A DNA stretch of 61,306 bases, filler included, from Circinaria calcarea (Eukaryota), in the NCBI GenBank assembly GCA_051942165.1. It is 12 parts of 12 records of this genome, joined end to end, with 100 filler letters (N's around TTAATTAATTAA, not from the genome) between each part and the next. Parts side by side here need not be neighbours in the genome. Positions count along the whole stretch, not along the records: positions 20,531 to 25,554 come from JAVECS010002078.1; positions 25,655 to 30,672 come from JAVECS010002079.1; positions 30,773 to 35,784 come from JAVECS010002080.1; 9 more parts are not named here. One strand, 5' to 3'. Under the pieces are notes generated by a model. It was not told where the DNA came from. It made no database searches and saw only the letters and a list, made by a program, of their open reading frames with translations. The position numbers and the translations under genes are program-made. The first letter of the stretch is position 1, and each line of letters starts with the position of its first letter. Below, one piece after another: positions 23,203 to 33,742 of the stretch.

Positions 23203-23330
23203 ACTGTTGCTCAGGCGCACCGAACTGTGCGTTTTTTGAACGCACCAGTTTCTGGTCCGTGCCAACCTAGCCGGCCCAATCTAACCTTGTATCCGAAAAA
23301 CGCAACGGTTCGGTGCGCCTGAGCAACAGT
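23203..23330. mobile_element. 128-bp MITE flanked by TTAA
   Basis: ACTGTTGCTCAGGCGCACCGAAC / GTTCGGTGCGCCTGAGCAACAGT perfect 23-bp TIR, extending imperfectly to about 35 bp; TTAA on both sides. Confidence 0.85.
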
Positions 23331-23418
23331 TTAAAGGGATATTGCACTATATTGTCTGAAATAGGCAGTTGATCTACATATGAAGTTATAATTCCTACTG
23401 AGATTCAATGTCAAGTGA

Positions 23419-23538
23419 TAGAAATCGGTAGAGTAGAAATCGGTAGAGTAGAAATCGGTAGAGTAGAAATCGGTAGAGTAGAAATCGGTAGAGTAGAAAT
23501 CGGTAGAGTAGAAATCGGTAGAGTAGAAATCGGTAGAA
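23419..23538. repeat. 15-bp minisatellite, 8 units
   Basis: (TAGAAATCGGTAGAG)x8, last unit with one mismatch. Confidence 0.95.
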
Positions 23539-25178
23539 TAGAAAATCGACGTTGAATTGGTTGTAGCCGTCGTATTCGAAAGGCGCCCGAAGTATCGATG
23601 GCGTATAATTGGTGCGTAGCCGTGCACGCGCGAGAGTCGAAGGTATCTGACTGAATAGAGTATTAGGAATAGACCTAATTCTAGGAGCTGTTTACGACGT
23701 AAACGGCGTCGTAGAACGACCGAAGGACGTGGTATGATTCTTAAATTTACAAGGGGGGAAATTTCATGAATTCTACAGTATAACATAATTAGAGTTTGAT
23801 ATTAATTAACTAGGCTTAGCTTCTTCGGGCATTTATTATTCCTTACCCTACGTTACATTAGTTTAACCAACAAAATCTCAGTCCACCCTTTGGACTACTG
23901 GCGGCCTTGCGTGTAGCAATGAGTAAGCAGCACGAGCGGAAAGCGAAGTTTGATCGGCGCCACGGGAGTGCAAGCATGTAGATGATGGATATCGGAACGA
24001 TTGATTCTATTTACTGCCTACTCGAAAGCTTTATTTATGGCCCCGCAGGCCCGCCTGTTCCTTCCTCCTCTCCTATGACAATCACGATCGCATTGGACTC
24101 GGTAGGGAGGGTCTTGGCAAAGGGGGTGATGCAGCCATTGACAAACACCAATACCAATCAAGACAAAGGATACTTCCTCCTCTTTCACATCTTAATATAA
24201 AAAAATAAAAGAAACCACCCCCCCTTCACTCCCCAAATTCCGCAGGAAAACCCTTATTAGCTACGTGTTAGGAAAAATCGAGGCCCTGTCGGTGCAATGT
24301 TGATTCACCACAACTCTAGTATAACTACATGTTAATTTTTCAAAATATGAGACATTTAATTGGCATAAGGAAGAAGAAGAAAAAATTTCCAAATAACAAT
24401 TTATAGTAGATGAGAAGAACCCCCTTGAAAAACCAGTTGTCTCTATTTTTTTTATTTAAAATTAATGTAATCATGTCCCCACGTGGAAAATCTATAAGAA
24501 ACAAACCAACACACACTATATACCACACACACCCAAAAAGAAAAATTCCTATTCGTCATGGTTTTATTCAAATTTCCTGTAATTTAGTTTTTTTTCTAAC
24601 TTGCCTCATTTTTTTTTAAAAAAATATATATTTGTTAACGGGATAGTAAGAGGAGAAGGGAGGGGAGCCCGTATTTACGGCAGTTTCTACGCTGTATTTT
24701 GTGTGAGAAGGTCTTGGTAGGTGTAGGTGTATTACTGTCGAGACAGTTGTGGTGTGGTGTGTGGATGTGGTTAGTCGCCTCCACGCTGGCCGCACTGTTT
24801 GCCACTACTGGGAGCGTTGAGCATACATACCTACGCGGTAGGAATCCGTCCCGCCTCTAAGAAATCAAAAAAACCAAAAAACTATGGTCCAGAACTGTGG
24901 CTTTTCATTTCTGTTCTTGGGGGTTGGGGGGAGGGGGCTCCTGGCCGCGTCATGTGATGCAACTCATCTCGAATATTACTGGCAGTGAGGTCAAGGACAT
25001 TCATTCATCTTCCGTACGAGCTGTATGAATACGCAGGGACTGAAGAAAGCTTTGCGGTATCATTCTAGAATGTAAGTGTGAGATGAAAATCTCCACACGC
25101 TGCGGAACTAAAATACAATGTGGATCATGTGACCTGGGGGGCGTACTGCTTTGCTCTACAGTGACACGGACACTCGTC

Positions 25179-25554
25179 TCACAAGTCCAGGTCCACCCCG
25201 GCCATCTTCAACCCTTCCTGGACCGCCTTCTGCCCCTCTCCCAACGTCGCCGCCACCGCCGCTCCCTTCTCAGCCTCGGCCTTCATCTGGGCCGCTGCGG
25301 TGAGGATCTGAACCGCGTTGGCGGACGGTTGGCCGCTGGAATTCATTTCCAAGCTCTCGGCCACGGATTGGATGACCTTCGCTTGCTCGTTGAGAGTCGC
25401 GTTGGCCATGGAGATGGTACCGGCGGATTGGTGGAGGAGGGAGGCTTGTGTTCGGAGAGCGGCTTCGTAGGTGACGACGCGAGCCTCGAGGTTGAAGAGA
25501 AAGGGGGTCATGGGGGTAGAGGTGGAGGGATTGTGCGGGAGGCGACGGTGGGGG
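25179..25554 (-). CDS. 3' part of hypothetical Ala-rich coiled-coil protein
   Basis: ORF open from the contig end with strong GC3 bias; no recognisable family. Confidence 0.55.
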
Positions 25555-25654
25555 NNNNNNNNNNNNNNNNNNNNNNNNNNNNNNNNNNNNNNNNNNNNTT
25601 AATTAATTAANNNNNNNNNNNNNNNNNNNNNNNNNNNNNNNNNNNNNNNNNNNN
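25555..25654. other. Artificial contig spacer
   Basis: N44-TTAATTAATTAA-N44. Confidence 0.99.
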
Positions 25655-25780
25655 CAACGGGAGCAACGGGAGCAACGGGAGCAACGGGAGCAACGGGAGC
25701 AACGGGAGCAACGGGAGCAACGGGAGCAACGGGAGCAACGGGAGCAACGGGAGCAACGGGAGCAACGGGAGCAACGGGAG
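25655..25780 (+). repeat. 9-bp coding tandem repeat
   Basis: (CAACGGGAG)x14 perfect, running into the contig end. Confidence 0.95.
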
Positions 25781-26184
25781 CAACTGGACCTATGGGCCCA
25801 AGTGGAGCATCCGGTCTCAGCGGCGCAATAGGCCCTAGCGGGGTCTCGATCGCAATGGGTTACCTTGGATGTTATTTTCAGAGCGGCAGTGCTGTCAACA
25901 TCAACGGTCGCGTTTTGGCCAATTTCCAAGCCACTTATACCACCTCACCCAATCGACAATGTATCGCCGCCTGCTCCGCGGGCTCCTATATCTTTGCGGG
26001 ACTCGTAGCCAACGGGGCTACGGGAGGGGACTGTTATTGCGGCAATTCACTGAATTTGGTGCAGATTCTCGGATTGGGAACGGGGCGGACGACGGATAAC
26101 AACTGCGGGCTCTGTGGGGGCGCATCTGGAGAGTGCGGGATTACGGCGAGTCAGACTGTGGCGATTTTTGCGAAAGCGTTTTAG
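25655..26184 (+). CDS. Collagen-like (Gly-X-Y)n protein with C-terminal WSC domain, 5' truncated
   Basis: (GAT)x14 then [21 protein letters not shown], then YLGCY..C...C....Y.FAGL..G.DCYCGN..C..CGG...ECG WSC pattern. Confidence 0.8.
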
Positions 26185-27222
26185 GCTTAGGCTTCCGGGG
26201 AATGGAAAGGGGTTGGTGTGGGTTGGAGGCGGAGGCGCTGTGTAATAACAAATGTAATTTGGAGACGGTGTTGGAAAGGAGATATCTTAATATAAACCCC
26301 AATGCACTCGGAATAAATCTCCATCCTAATTTCCGTATTCTAGCACGTTTGAAAATTCCTGTTATCTGAAATGTGATTCCGGGTGGTGCCATGGGGATAT
26401 GATTGTGCGAATGTTGTGGTGGACCTGGGTAATAGTTCTGCCGATACGCCGAGTCACGTGATACAACGACCATGTTGTGCGAACGGACTTCTCATCTCCG
26501 CTTTCACGCCTTGCGGTAGGCCAGAACCAGCCACTATACATGTGCGCGTACCAATCAAATGCCTGGCGCATGCTGGATTAAGCAAAGGACCTCTGTACCT
26601 GGAAAAAGATGCCCCAACAAGCTATGGATGCAGATTGCAAACAAGGCCTATCAATTGGACCATGAGGCTGACTGGGCGTGTACGCGCTTCTTGCCGCACC
26701 ATTACGAGCTACGAGTACCCCCACGACGTGTGGACATTTACGAGTAGCCGAAGCTGTTGTGGTTGTTCGGAATGGCCGTTGGAAATCCTACTGGGCAGGA
26801 TATACACAAGTGACTTTCCATCACCCTTGCCCGCATCAAACCCGTGTATCTTCCCTACGCTACCTGTACTCTGACAAGGTAGGGATTTGGATACAACCAC
26901 TGCATGTGTCACGCTCTTTCCTTCTCGTCCAATAATATCTATGGCTTCGATTCGTGCGGCATTATGGCCTGGGCATAATTGCTCAGATCGGATCAGAAAA
27001 CCAACAGTACGGCAGAAGGTAAGAGGAGGGATGTCGTTACAAAGTATATTCAGCACCCAGTTCCCCGTTCGCTTATCCGACCATGACCTTAGCCGGCTGG
27101 AGCTGGGTAAGCCTCGTTCTGCCTAGGTGGGATGCCTCGAGTGATTGAGGATATGTCGTGTGCTCCTTTCTTGAAGCAACAAGCTACCTGCTCGTACATC
27201 CACACACGGCACAATTCCGCAG

Positions 27223-29462
27223 ATGGATCCGTTCACAATCGTTGGTGTCGCTGGAGCAATCGTGGGTGTGATGGACGTTATCACAAGAAGTGTTCGTTCT
27301 CTATATCATTTGCAGACAGTGTTTAAGGGAAGCGACTTGACCATTAGCCTCCTTATTGGCCAACTCTCCACGCTCAAGGCCGCACTAAATCAGATCAATG
27401 AATGGATTGATACAACTCTTGTGAATGTACAGCAGCGCCAGCAACTTGTACTCGATCTCAATGCATCCTTGGAGAGCTGCAAAGTCGTCATCCAATTATT
27501 GGATGATCGTGTAAGCCATTTTGAAAGGATCAATAACAATGCCATGTGTATGCAGAGTAGAGTACTATATCTATGGGAGCAGACGGGTATCACGGAATAC
27601 CTTAACCATCTAAACAATCAGACCACTGCCCTTAACCTTCTCCTAACAGCCTTACAATGGTTAGTACATCACCAAATCTAGGGTTCTTTAGTCAATTTCA
27701 CTGACAGTTATAAAGCCGATCAATTTCCGAGCAAACTTCTCTGCTGGATAACAACAAGAGCCGTCAAATCATCACCGGGGCTAGGGATGATACATCTTCC
27801 TTATTGTGGTTTAAGGATGCAGAGTCATGCACTACCCGGCAAAGTAAAATGACTGAGAACTCAGCCATGTTAGATACGAGGTTTGACTTTGACAACGAGA
27901 TCCTCAACTCGAAGCCCTATCAGGGAGCAATGAGGTCTAACATTAGGTACGGACTCAACAGAAGATGGAAGGTACAGAGGAGTTCCGATGAGCCACCACC
28001 AAACATGACAACCAGCTCTACAATATCAACACCATCGGAAAAAGATGAACAAGGTATGCACATGACAGACGTCGAACTCCCGAGTCTTCCCATTGTGGAA
28101 AGTGGTACAAGTCGGTCATACGGCATAGGTTATGGCCCTTCGCCGGCGGCTCTTGATCCATCAATCCGCACTGTACGGCTCCGCCCAGTGGATAGCTTAT
28201 CAAAGAATCAAAGTAGGGACGATGGATTGATGAGGGAAATGTCACACACATATGGGCAGAGGCTGTTTAGGACCACTTCCAACTTGCTGGCAAATTGGAA
28301 GGGTAATAATCGACAGCCGATCTCACAGAAAGAAGCTCAGGCCGCGAGATCAAAGGGCATTGATGCGTTTATTAAGAAGGACAAAATGGCAAAGGAGAAG
28401 GAAGTGAAGCTACTGTTCCTAGGAGCTGCAGGAAGTGGAAAGTCCACTGTCCTCAACCAGATGAGGCTCCTCTGTCAAAGAGACTACACAACTTCTGAGC
28501 GCGAAAGTTTCAAGCCGGCCATCGTCAGCATTATGGTCAAGCTGATGCGAAATATCGTAAAAGCTATGATTGAGTCGGACTTGTCCTTGGACGATAAGGG
28601 AGGGGAACACTACCTCCAAAATATACTAAGCCAGCCATTAGATCCCAAATGGGATACTCTGCCTTCCGAAGTCATTGACGCTATCAATTTCTTGTGGATG
28701 GATTCTGGTGTCCAGAGGTATTTTCAGAGACCAGATAGGTGTCAAATCGACAATGCTGCACAACAGTATGTTATTGAGAAAACTTATTGTCCTCCTGGGA
28801 GCAGAAGGCAGCTAACCGATATGTTCGTATATAGTTACTTTGGTTCCATCTCTCGTATCACTCGATCTGACTACTTGCCAACTGATCAAGACATCATCCA
28901 ATGTCATATCGAGAAAACTGGCATTACGGAATCCAAACTCTCTGATCCCGGCGGATTGACCTACCGTTGTTTAGAATGTAACGGTATACCATTTGGCCAA
29001 GGGAAATGGACTCACGTTTTCGAAGATGTCAAAGTAATACTCTTTGTCGTCTCCCTCGCTGACTATGATCAGATGCCGTCTAACGACAAGACTGGTTCCT
29101 CAATGCAGGAATCCCTGGACCTATTCGGGTCGATCTGCAAATCGAAATGGTTGGAGAAGACACCTATACTTTTGGTTTTCAACAAGACGGATTTGTTTAA
29201 TCGCAAGATTTTCGAAAGCCCCATCAAACATTATTTCCCTAATTGTCCCTCTCCTACCTACCGTGCAGGGCGGCATGACATTGAGGTTGCTAAGAACTAC
29301 TTCCTTCACAGGTTTTTAAGTTGCAACAATAATCCGAATCGGCAGTTCTACCACCACTTTATCAGTGCCGCGACCGACAGGACTCTCGCAAGGACCATCA
29401 TTGTCGACGTTAAAGACGCTCTCCTCCAATCGTCTTTGGCACTATCTTTGGAGGGCTGCTGA
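27223..29462 (+). CDS. HeLo-like (fungal STAND N-terminal) domain fused to a divergent G-protein alpha domain, ~704 aa
   Basis: Exons 27223-27659, 27716-28765 and 28835-29462 (GTTAGT..CTGAC..AAG; GTATGT..CTAAC..TAG) splice in frame; N-terminus MDPFTIVGVAGAIVG...; G-alpha motifs VKLLFLGAAGSGKST, YLPTDQDI, KWTHVFEDV..ILFVVSL.DYDQ, ESLDLF.SIC, LLVFNKTD. Confidence 0.88.
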
Positions 29463-30672
29463 ATTTATAAGCGGACACAAGCTTATAGAACTTCGGTCCT
29501 CATGAAAGAATGTACACGGCCGATCGAGGAAATCCCGTCTTGGAACTTTCTTGAGCAGTCTGCCGAATCGAAAGAGGAATGGGCATAAGAATGAAGGACT
29601 CCCTTGGTTATTCAAATTATATCAACAGCTATCAGAATCGGCCAACCACAACGGACGCCTCAATCGGCAACGCCTCTTAATGTCTGCTCTCTATCATGGA
29701 CTGCACGTATCTTTAGGGGTACTCGGTGATTACCTCTCATGCCAATCTATTGGGATCTATACCAAGCTTCTATTATCATAGAATTTCGACTAGGCCACGG
29801 GAGGCTTTACCAGATATTTCTCAATATATCATTTCTTTGAGGGCGTGGTGATATTGAGGAGTATGGGAGGAGCAATTACTGCTGTTATTGGGCGGGGTGT
29901 GTAGATTAGGGTACTGTCACACGACGTTTCCCGGTTTCTTTAGGCAGGGGATCGGTATGGATTTTCAAAGGGTGGGTCGGGACCGGGGCAATTGCACTTC
30001 AGCAGAGAGGGATTACCAGCTTTGGCTACTGCGAGAAGCTGCCTTGTACACTTCGATTAGATTACTTCTCCGACAAACCATCCTCGTCAGCTATCATGTG
30101 TATCTAGTATGTGCTCTCTGTCATGTCAACTCGGAAACAACTATTGTATAGGCCAGTCATTCGGAAGTGATACTACATCCAAAATTGCCCTTACCCAATA
30201 AACTTAAGATGACGTCCCTTACCACTCACACCCGATCCGGCTCCCCTGCAAGGCCTTCCCTTTCCCTCCCCATAATGCCGCCCCGGTGTCTAACAAAGGT
30301 CCCGAGCACTCTCCCCCCATCTCTACTTCAACAAACTCCAACCGCAACGTAGAGAACTTTGAAGATCTTTTCCCCTAGGGCATAGCGATATTTTTATCAA
30401 GACAGCCTTCGGCACCCGCTTGAATATCCAATGTTCGATTTGCACGACTGTATAGCCCATGAGAATCTCTCTCTTCTTTATTGCGCCTTTCTACCCCATC
30501 GCTGCTGCCTCTTAGACCCCTCAGAACTTGCCCAAGCCGGAAAAACGGGGGTTTCTCGGTGAGTTGAATGAATGGAATGGAATGGGCTAGCTAGGCCGAC
30601 TGTGGGCGCCCGTACGCTGGAGATAGAATGCCAGCATGCACCAACGAGGGTTCTGAGAGGCCGGGACGGGGG

Positions 30673-30772
30673 NNNNNNNNNNNNNNNNNNNNNNNNNNNN
30701 NNNNNNNNNNNNNNNNTTAATTAATTAANNNNNNNNNNNNNNNNNNNNNNNNNNNNNNNNNNNNNNNNNNNN
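30673..30772. other. Artificial contig spacer
   Basis: N44-TTAATTAATTAA-N44. Confidence 0.99.
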
Positions 30773-30983
30773 CGAGGAAGGTTCCGGTCTGGTTTTCAAC
30801 TGGTTAGGACCTCACGGCCTGAGTATCCATACGTGGAACTCGAACGGGCAAAGCCAGACCTGGAAGGTCTTGGGGGAGGCATTGCTGGCGGTGTATGACT
30901 ACATGCACCAGCACGAGTTCGGAGCCGCTAATTTCGCCATTTATGATGGAAGCAGGGAGGTGGGGAGAGGGATCATTGGATAA
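30773..30983 (+). CDS. 3' end of small hypothetical protein (paralog 1)
   Basis: Frame from 30774: VFNWLGPHGLSIHTWNSNGQSQTWKVLGEALLAVYDYM..FGAANFAIYDGSREVGRGIIG*; aligns with 31017-31458; absent from the ORF track. Confidence 0.7.
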
Positions 30984-31016
30984 AAACCGCTAACATTGCG
31001 AATGGCCTCGAAGTAG

Positions 31017-31458
31017 ACCCCAGACCCGCGGCCGCAAACCGGACAAATCTCTGCATCGTCGTACGACCAATGTCAACCAGTGGCTTTGCGACGGTACACG
31101 CACATGGGTGAGTGTCACCTTCATCCGGGCTGTGGGCGGGAACATCATCCCCAGCATCCTCGCCGACGCCCTGGGAGATATTGAGGAACGGATCCGGCGA
31201 AAAGGCACCGGTGACGCCTTGATCGCTCAAGGTCTTGGCGTTGCAGTGAACTGGTATGGTCTCCAAGGGCTCGGGCTTCGCACCTGGAGTAATGCCAACC
31301 ATCGGCTCACGTGGACGATACTGGGTCAAGCCCTGGTGGCTCTGTCCGAAGGCATGGTCGACAGTCAGTTTGGAGAGGCCGTGTTTACCATCTGGGAAAA
31401 CCGAGAGGTGGTCGGTTATGGCAGGATCGGTCCGGCAACATGGAGAGTGGGGAACTGA
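31017..31458 (+). CDS. Terminal exon of small hypothetical protein (paralog 2), no own start codon
   Basis: CTAAC branch at 30990 and AAGTAG acceptor ending 31016; ..SLHRR..VNWYGLQGLGLRTWSNANHRLTWTILGQALVALSEGM..FGEAVFTIWENREVVGYGRIG. Confidence 0.65.
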
Positions 31459-31811
31459 GAGCTTCGAGAGCCGAACAGTGGGAGAAGATGGCACTCTTGT
31501 ATTTATACCGGTCACCCGTAATGGCTGGAATGTTGTTTAGAACTCGACCCGTTCACATTCCCTTTGGGTCTCACCTGTGCCGACCATGGTAGTTTTGAAG
31601 CGTGAGATCCGTCGGCCCTATAAACCACTGACTGGTGTATTAATAAACGGTCAAAATGTCACGTTGAAATCAATCCGATGGATTCCTCTGGTCCCTTTAA
31701 CTTTCCACCCCAGCACCCTTCGACGCGAGCTTCGCCAATACTTTCCGCCGATCATTTTTCTCGCCATCATCAGTTAGCCAGGCACTAATTCGTTAGCACT
31801 TCTCTCTTGTA

Positions 31812-32049
31812 CTGTGGTTGCAGGGGAAATTAATACTAGCTCGGCGCTGGTAGATCAGTGCCTATGGCAGTTAAACTCCGCAGAGGCTTTGTAATTTACA
31901 TCTAGCATTCCGTATGTATGCCATTTGCATCAATTAGAATAGGAGGAAGATTTAGAATACTTGAAATTATAAGTAAAATTACGATAGTCTGAGCATGGAC
32001 TTTAGTGCTTTTAGCGCCGAGCTAGTATTAATTTCCCCTGCAACCACAG
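31812..32049 (-). mobile_element. Tc1/mariner-derived MITE, 238 bp
   Basis: Perfect 37-bp TIR CTGTGGTTGCAGGGGAAATTAATACTAGCTCGGCGCT; TA TSD on both sides; retains transposase tail IDANGIHTEC* on the minus strand (31934-31902). Confidence 0.92.
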
Positions 32050-33742
32050 TACTTTTGCCCTTTAGCCTCCATCTACGGAGTCCACCCCGTCGTACTCCGT
32101 AGCCGGTGGCCGTCCGTCACACCGCCTAACCAACCACCAGCCCTTCAGTCGGTTGTACTGTCTTCCCCTCTGATCGCCTAGTTTCTGCATGGGATCCCTA
32201 TGGTGTGCATGCGGGTGCTCGTGCGACCAGACGAATCCCGCCACTGCGATTGGTAGCCGTCTTTAGATTCTCATCGTTTTCCCTCTATGCGCGGCCATGG
32301 CGACTTTAGAGTTTGGGCGGCATGGGGGTGGTTGGGTGGTATCATGCATGATCGAGGAAAAAACCTTCTGCTGCGCACCGCCGCCCAGAGATTTTCTTCC
32401 GACCAATCGATGGAGTTGGCCTAATGGTGGAGGGACGAGGGTACAAGGTAGGTCGTGCCGACGAACCGGAGCAATGAACCTTTGTTCTCATCATGCCATG
32501 GCTGTGGTGAAATTTGTTCTAGAATGACGAGTCCATTGTTCCCCTTCCCCCCCCCGCTCCTCTTCAACGACCTTTTTCCTCCGCGAGTCCATCACTACTA
32601 CCGGAGTTCGGAGAATAGCAATGGGGGGTGGGGCCCCCCTTCAAATCATTTGACTGGCGAGAAGGTTTCCCAGAGGATGCAACGGGTCTTAGGGTGAAAC
32701 GGGGCGGATCGGCGCTACGATGACGACTGGCTGGCGAGTGGATGCTTCATCTGTCGGCATAGTGAATCTCCGTCGCGAAAAACACTGCAGTCGGTAAATT
32801 CCATAGAAGGCGCGCAGAAGGGATGGCGCATGAAACCCCTGAGACCGACCGTCGAGTGACAGATGGCCATTTAGCCATTTGCCGGGACATATTCGCGACA
32901 TGCATCTGATGCTGCTCCACCCGTCACACACATCACACACACTTTGTTTGCTGTCGGACTTGCCGCGCTAGACCGCATCGGTTAGGTAGTGCCACAGTTA
33001 CTCGGTAAGTGATGCTGATGCTATGTACTGCGGGGCAGTCACTCTCTCTCCCCTACCGTGACCGTGACCGTGACCATACTATGTCCATGTCCCGGAAGGG
33101 AACTACTACGAGGCACAAAGGTGCAGAAGAGGGACTGCTGCTGCTGTCCCGTTGGACGGACGGACAGGGAGGATTGTGGATGGGTCACGCTTCGTTCCTT
33201 CGAACACTGCCTCGAGCTTTTCTTTCCATAGGTCGATACCAAACTGAGACGCTCCAACTTGCAACCGTCATCGGTCATCGCTTGGGGGTGCGTTGTAACC
33301 TCGACTCCTTTCCGGTTGCTTCACACACTGCCAAAATGTCGAGGAACAACCGCGTGATGGATTCTCCTCTTGTTGGCTCTTGACACTCGCATCGTTTCTC
33401 GACCGTTTGCTGTTGCTGCTTTCTCTGGCCGCCTACCTATATCCCCATATCCGCTTGGGCTTCCAATTTCCGAAACTCGACGAGTTATATCATAGCTCAC
33501 CCGGCTGCCGTTGCCCTGCCCTGGCCCTGGCCCTGGCCCTGACTCCTCTCAAGACTCTCATATCCGACTCAAACACGGTCGTCCAATCTCACCCATATCA
33601 TCACCGCACCCCCACCTGACCGACTGGACTCGGTCGAACCTTTCCAACCCCCCTCTACATCGCCGTAAGATTAACATTCCCAAGCTTGACTTGGATTCAT
33701 TCGAGTAACTACCGAATTACACCTGTCACCCAAACTACCATC

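Larger units (their letters stand above)
22842..23909. mobile_element. hAT-like non-autonomous TIR element with nested insertions
   Basis: TIR CAGGGCCGCCAGTAGTCCA / TGGACTACTGGCGGCCTTG (18/19 match); dense subterminal GGACTG/CAGTCC repeats at 22860-23073; no 8-bp TSD preserved. Confidence 0.6.

Noticed and set aside
23331..23786. ORF with (STDFY)n repeats, or a CRISPR-like array
   Set aside because: Head-to-tail 15-bp minisatellite with no spacers, inside an AT-rich transposon relic; the ORF is a by-product
24200..24640. AT- and homopolymer-rich tract as an origin or organellar insert (similar tracts near 11060-11220, 44440-44960 and 46670-46860)
   Set aside because: No recognisable gene or RNA; looks like low-complexity intergenic DNA or low-quality consensus
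25603..25929. Minus-strand (CSR)n Cys-rich ORF
   Set aside because: Antisense shadow of the Gly-Ala-Thr collagen repeat, whose frame continues into a WSC domain
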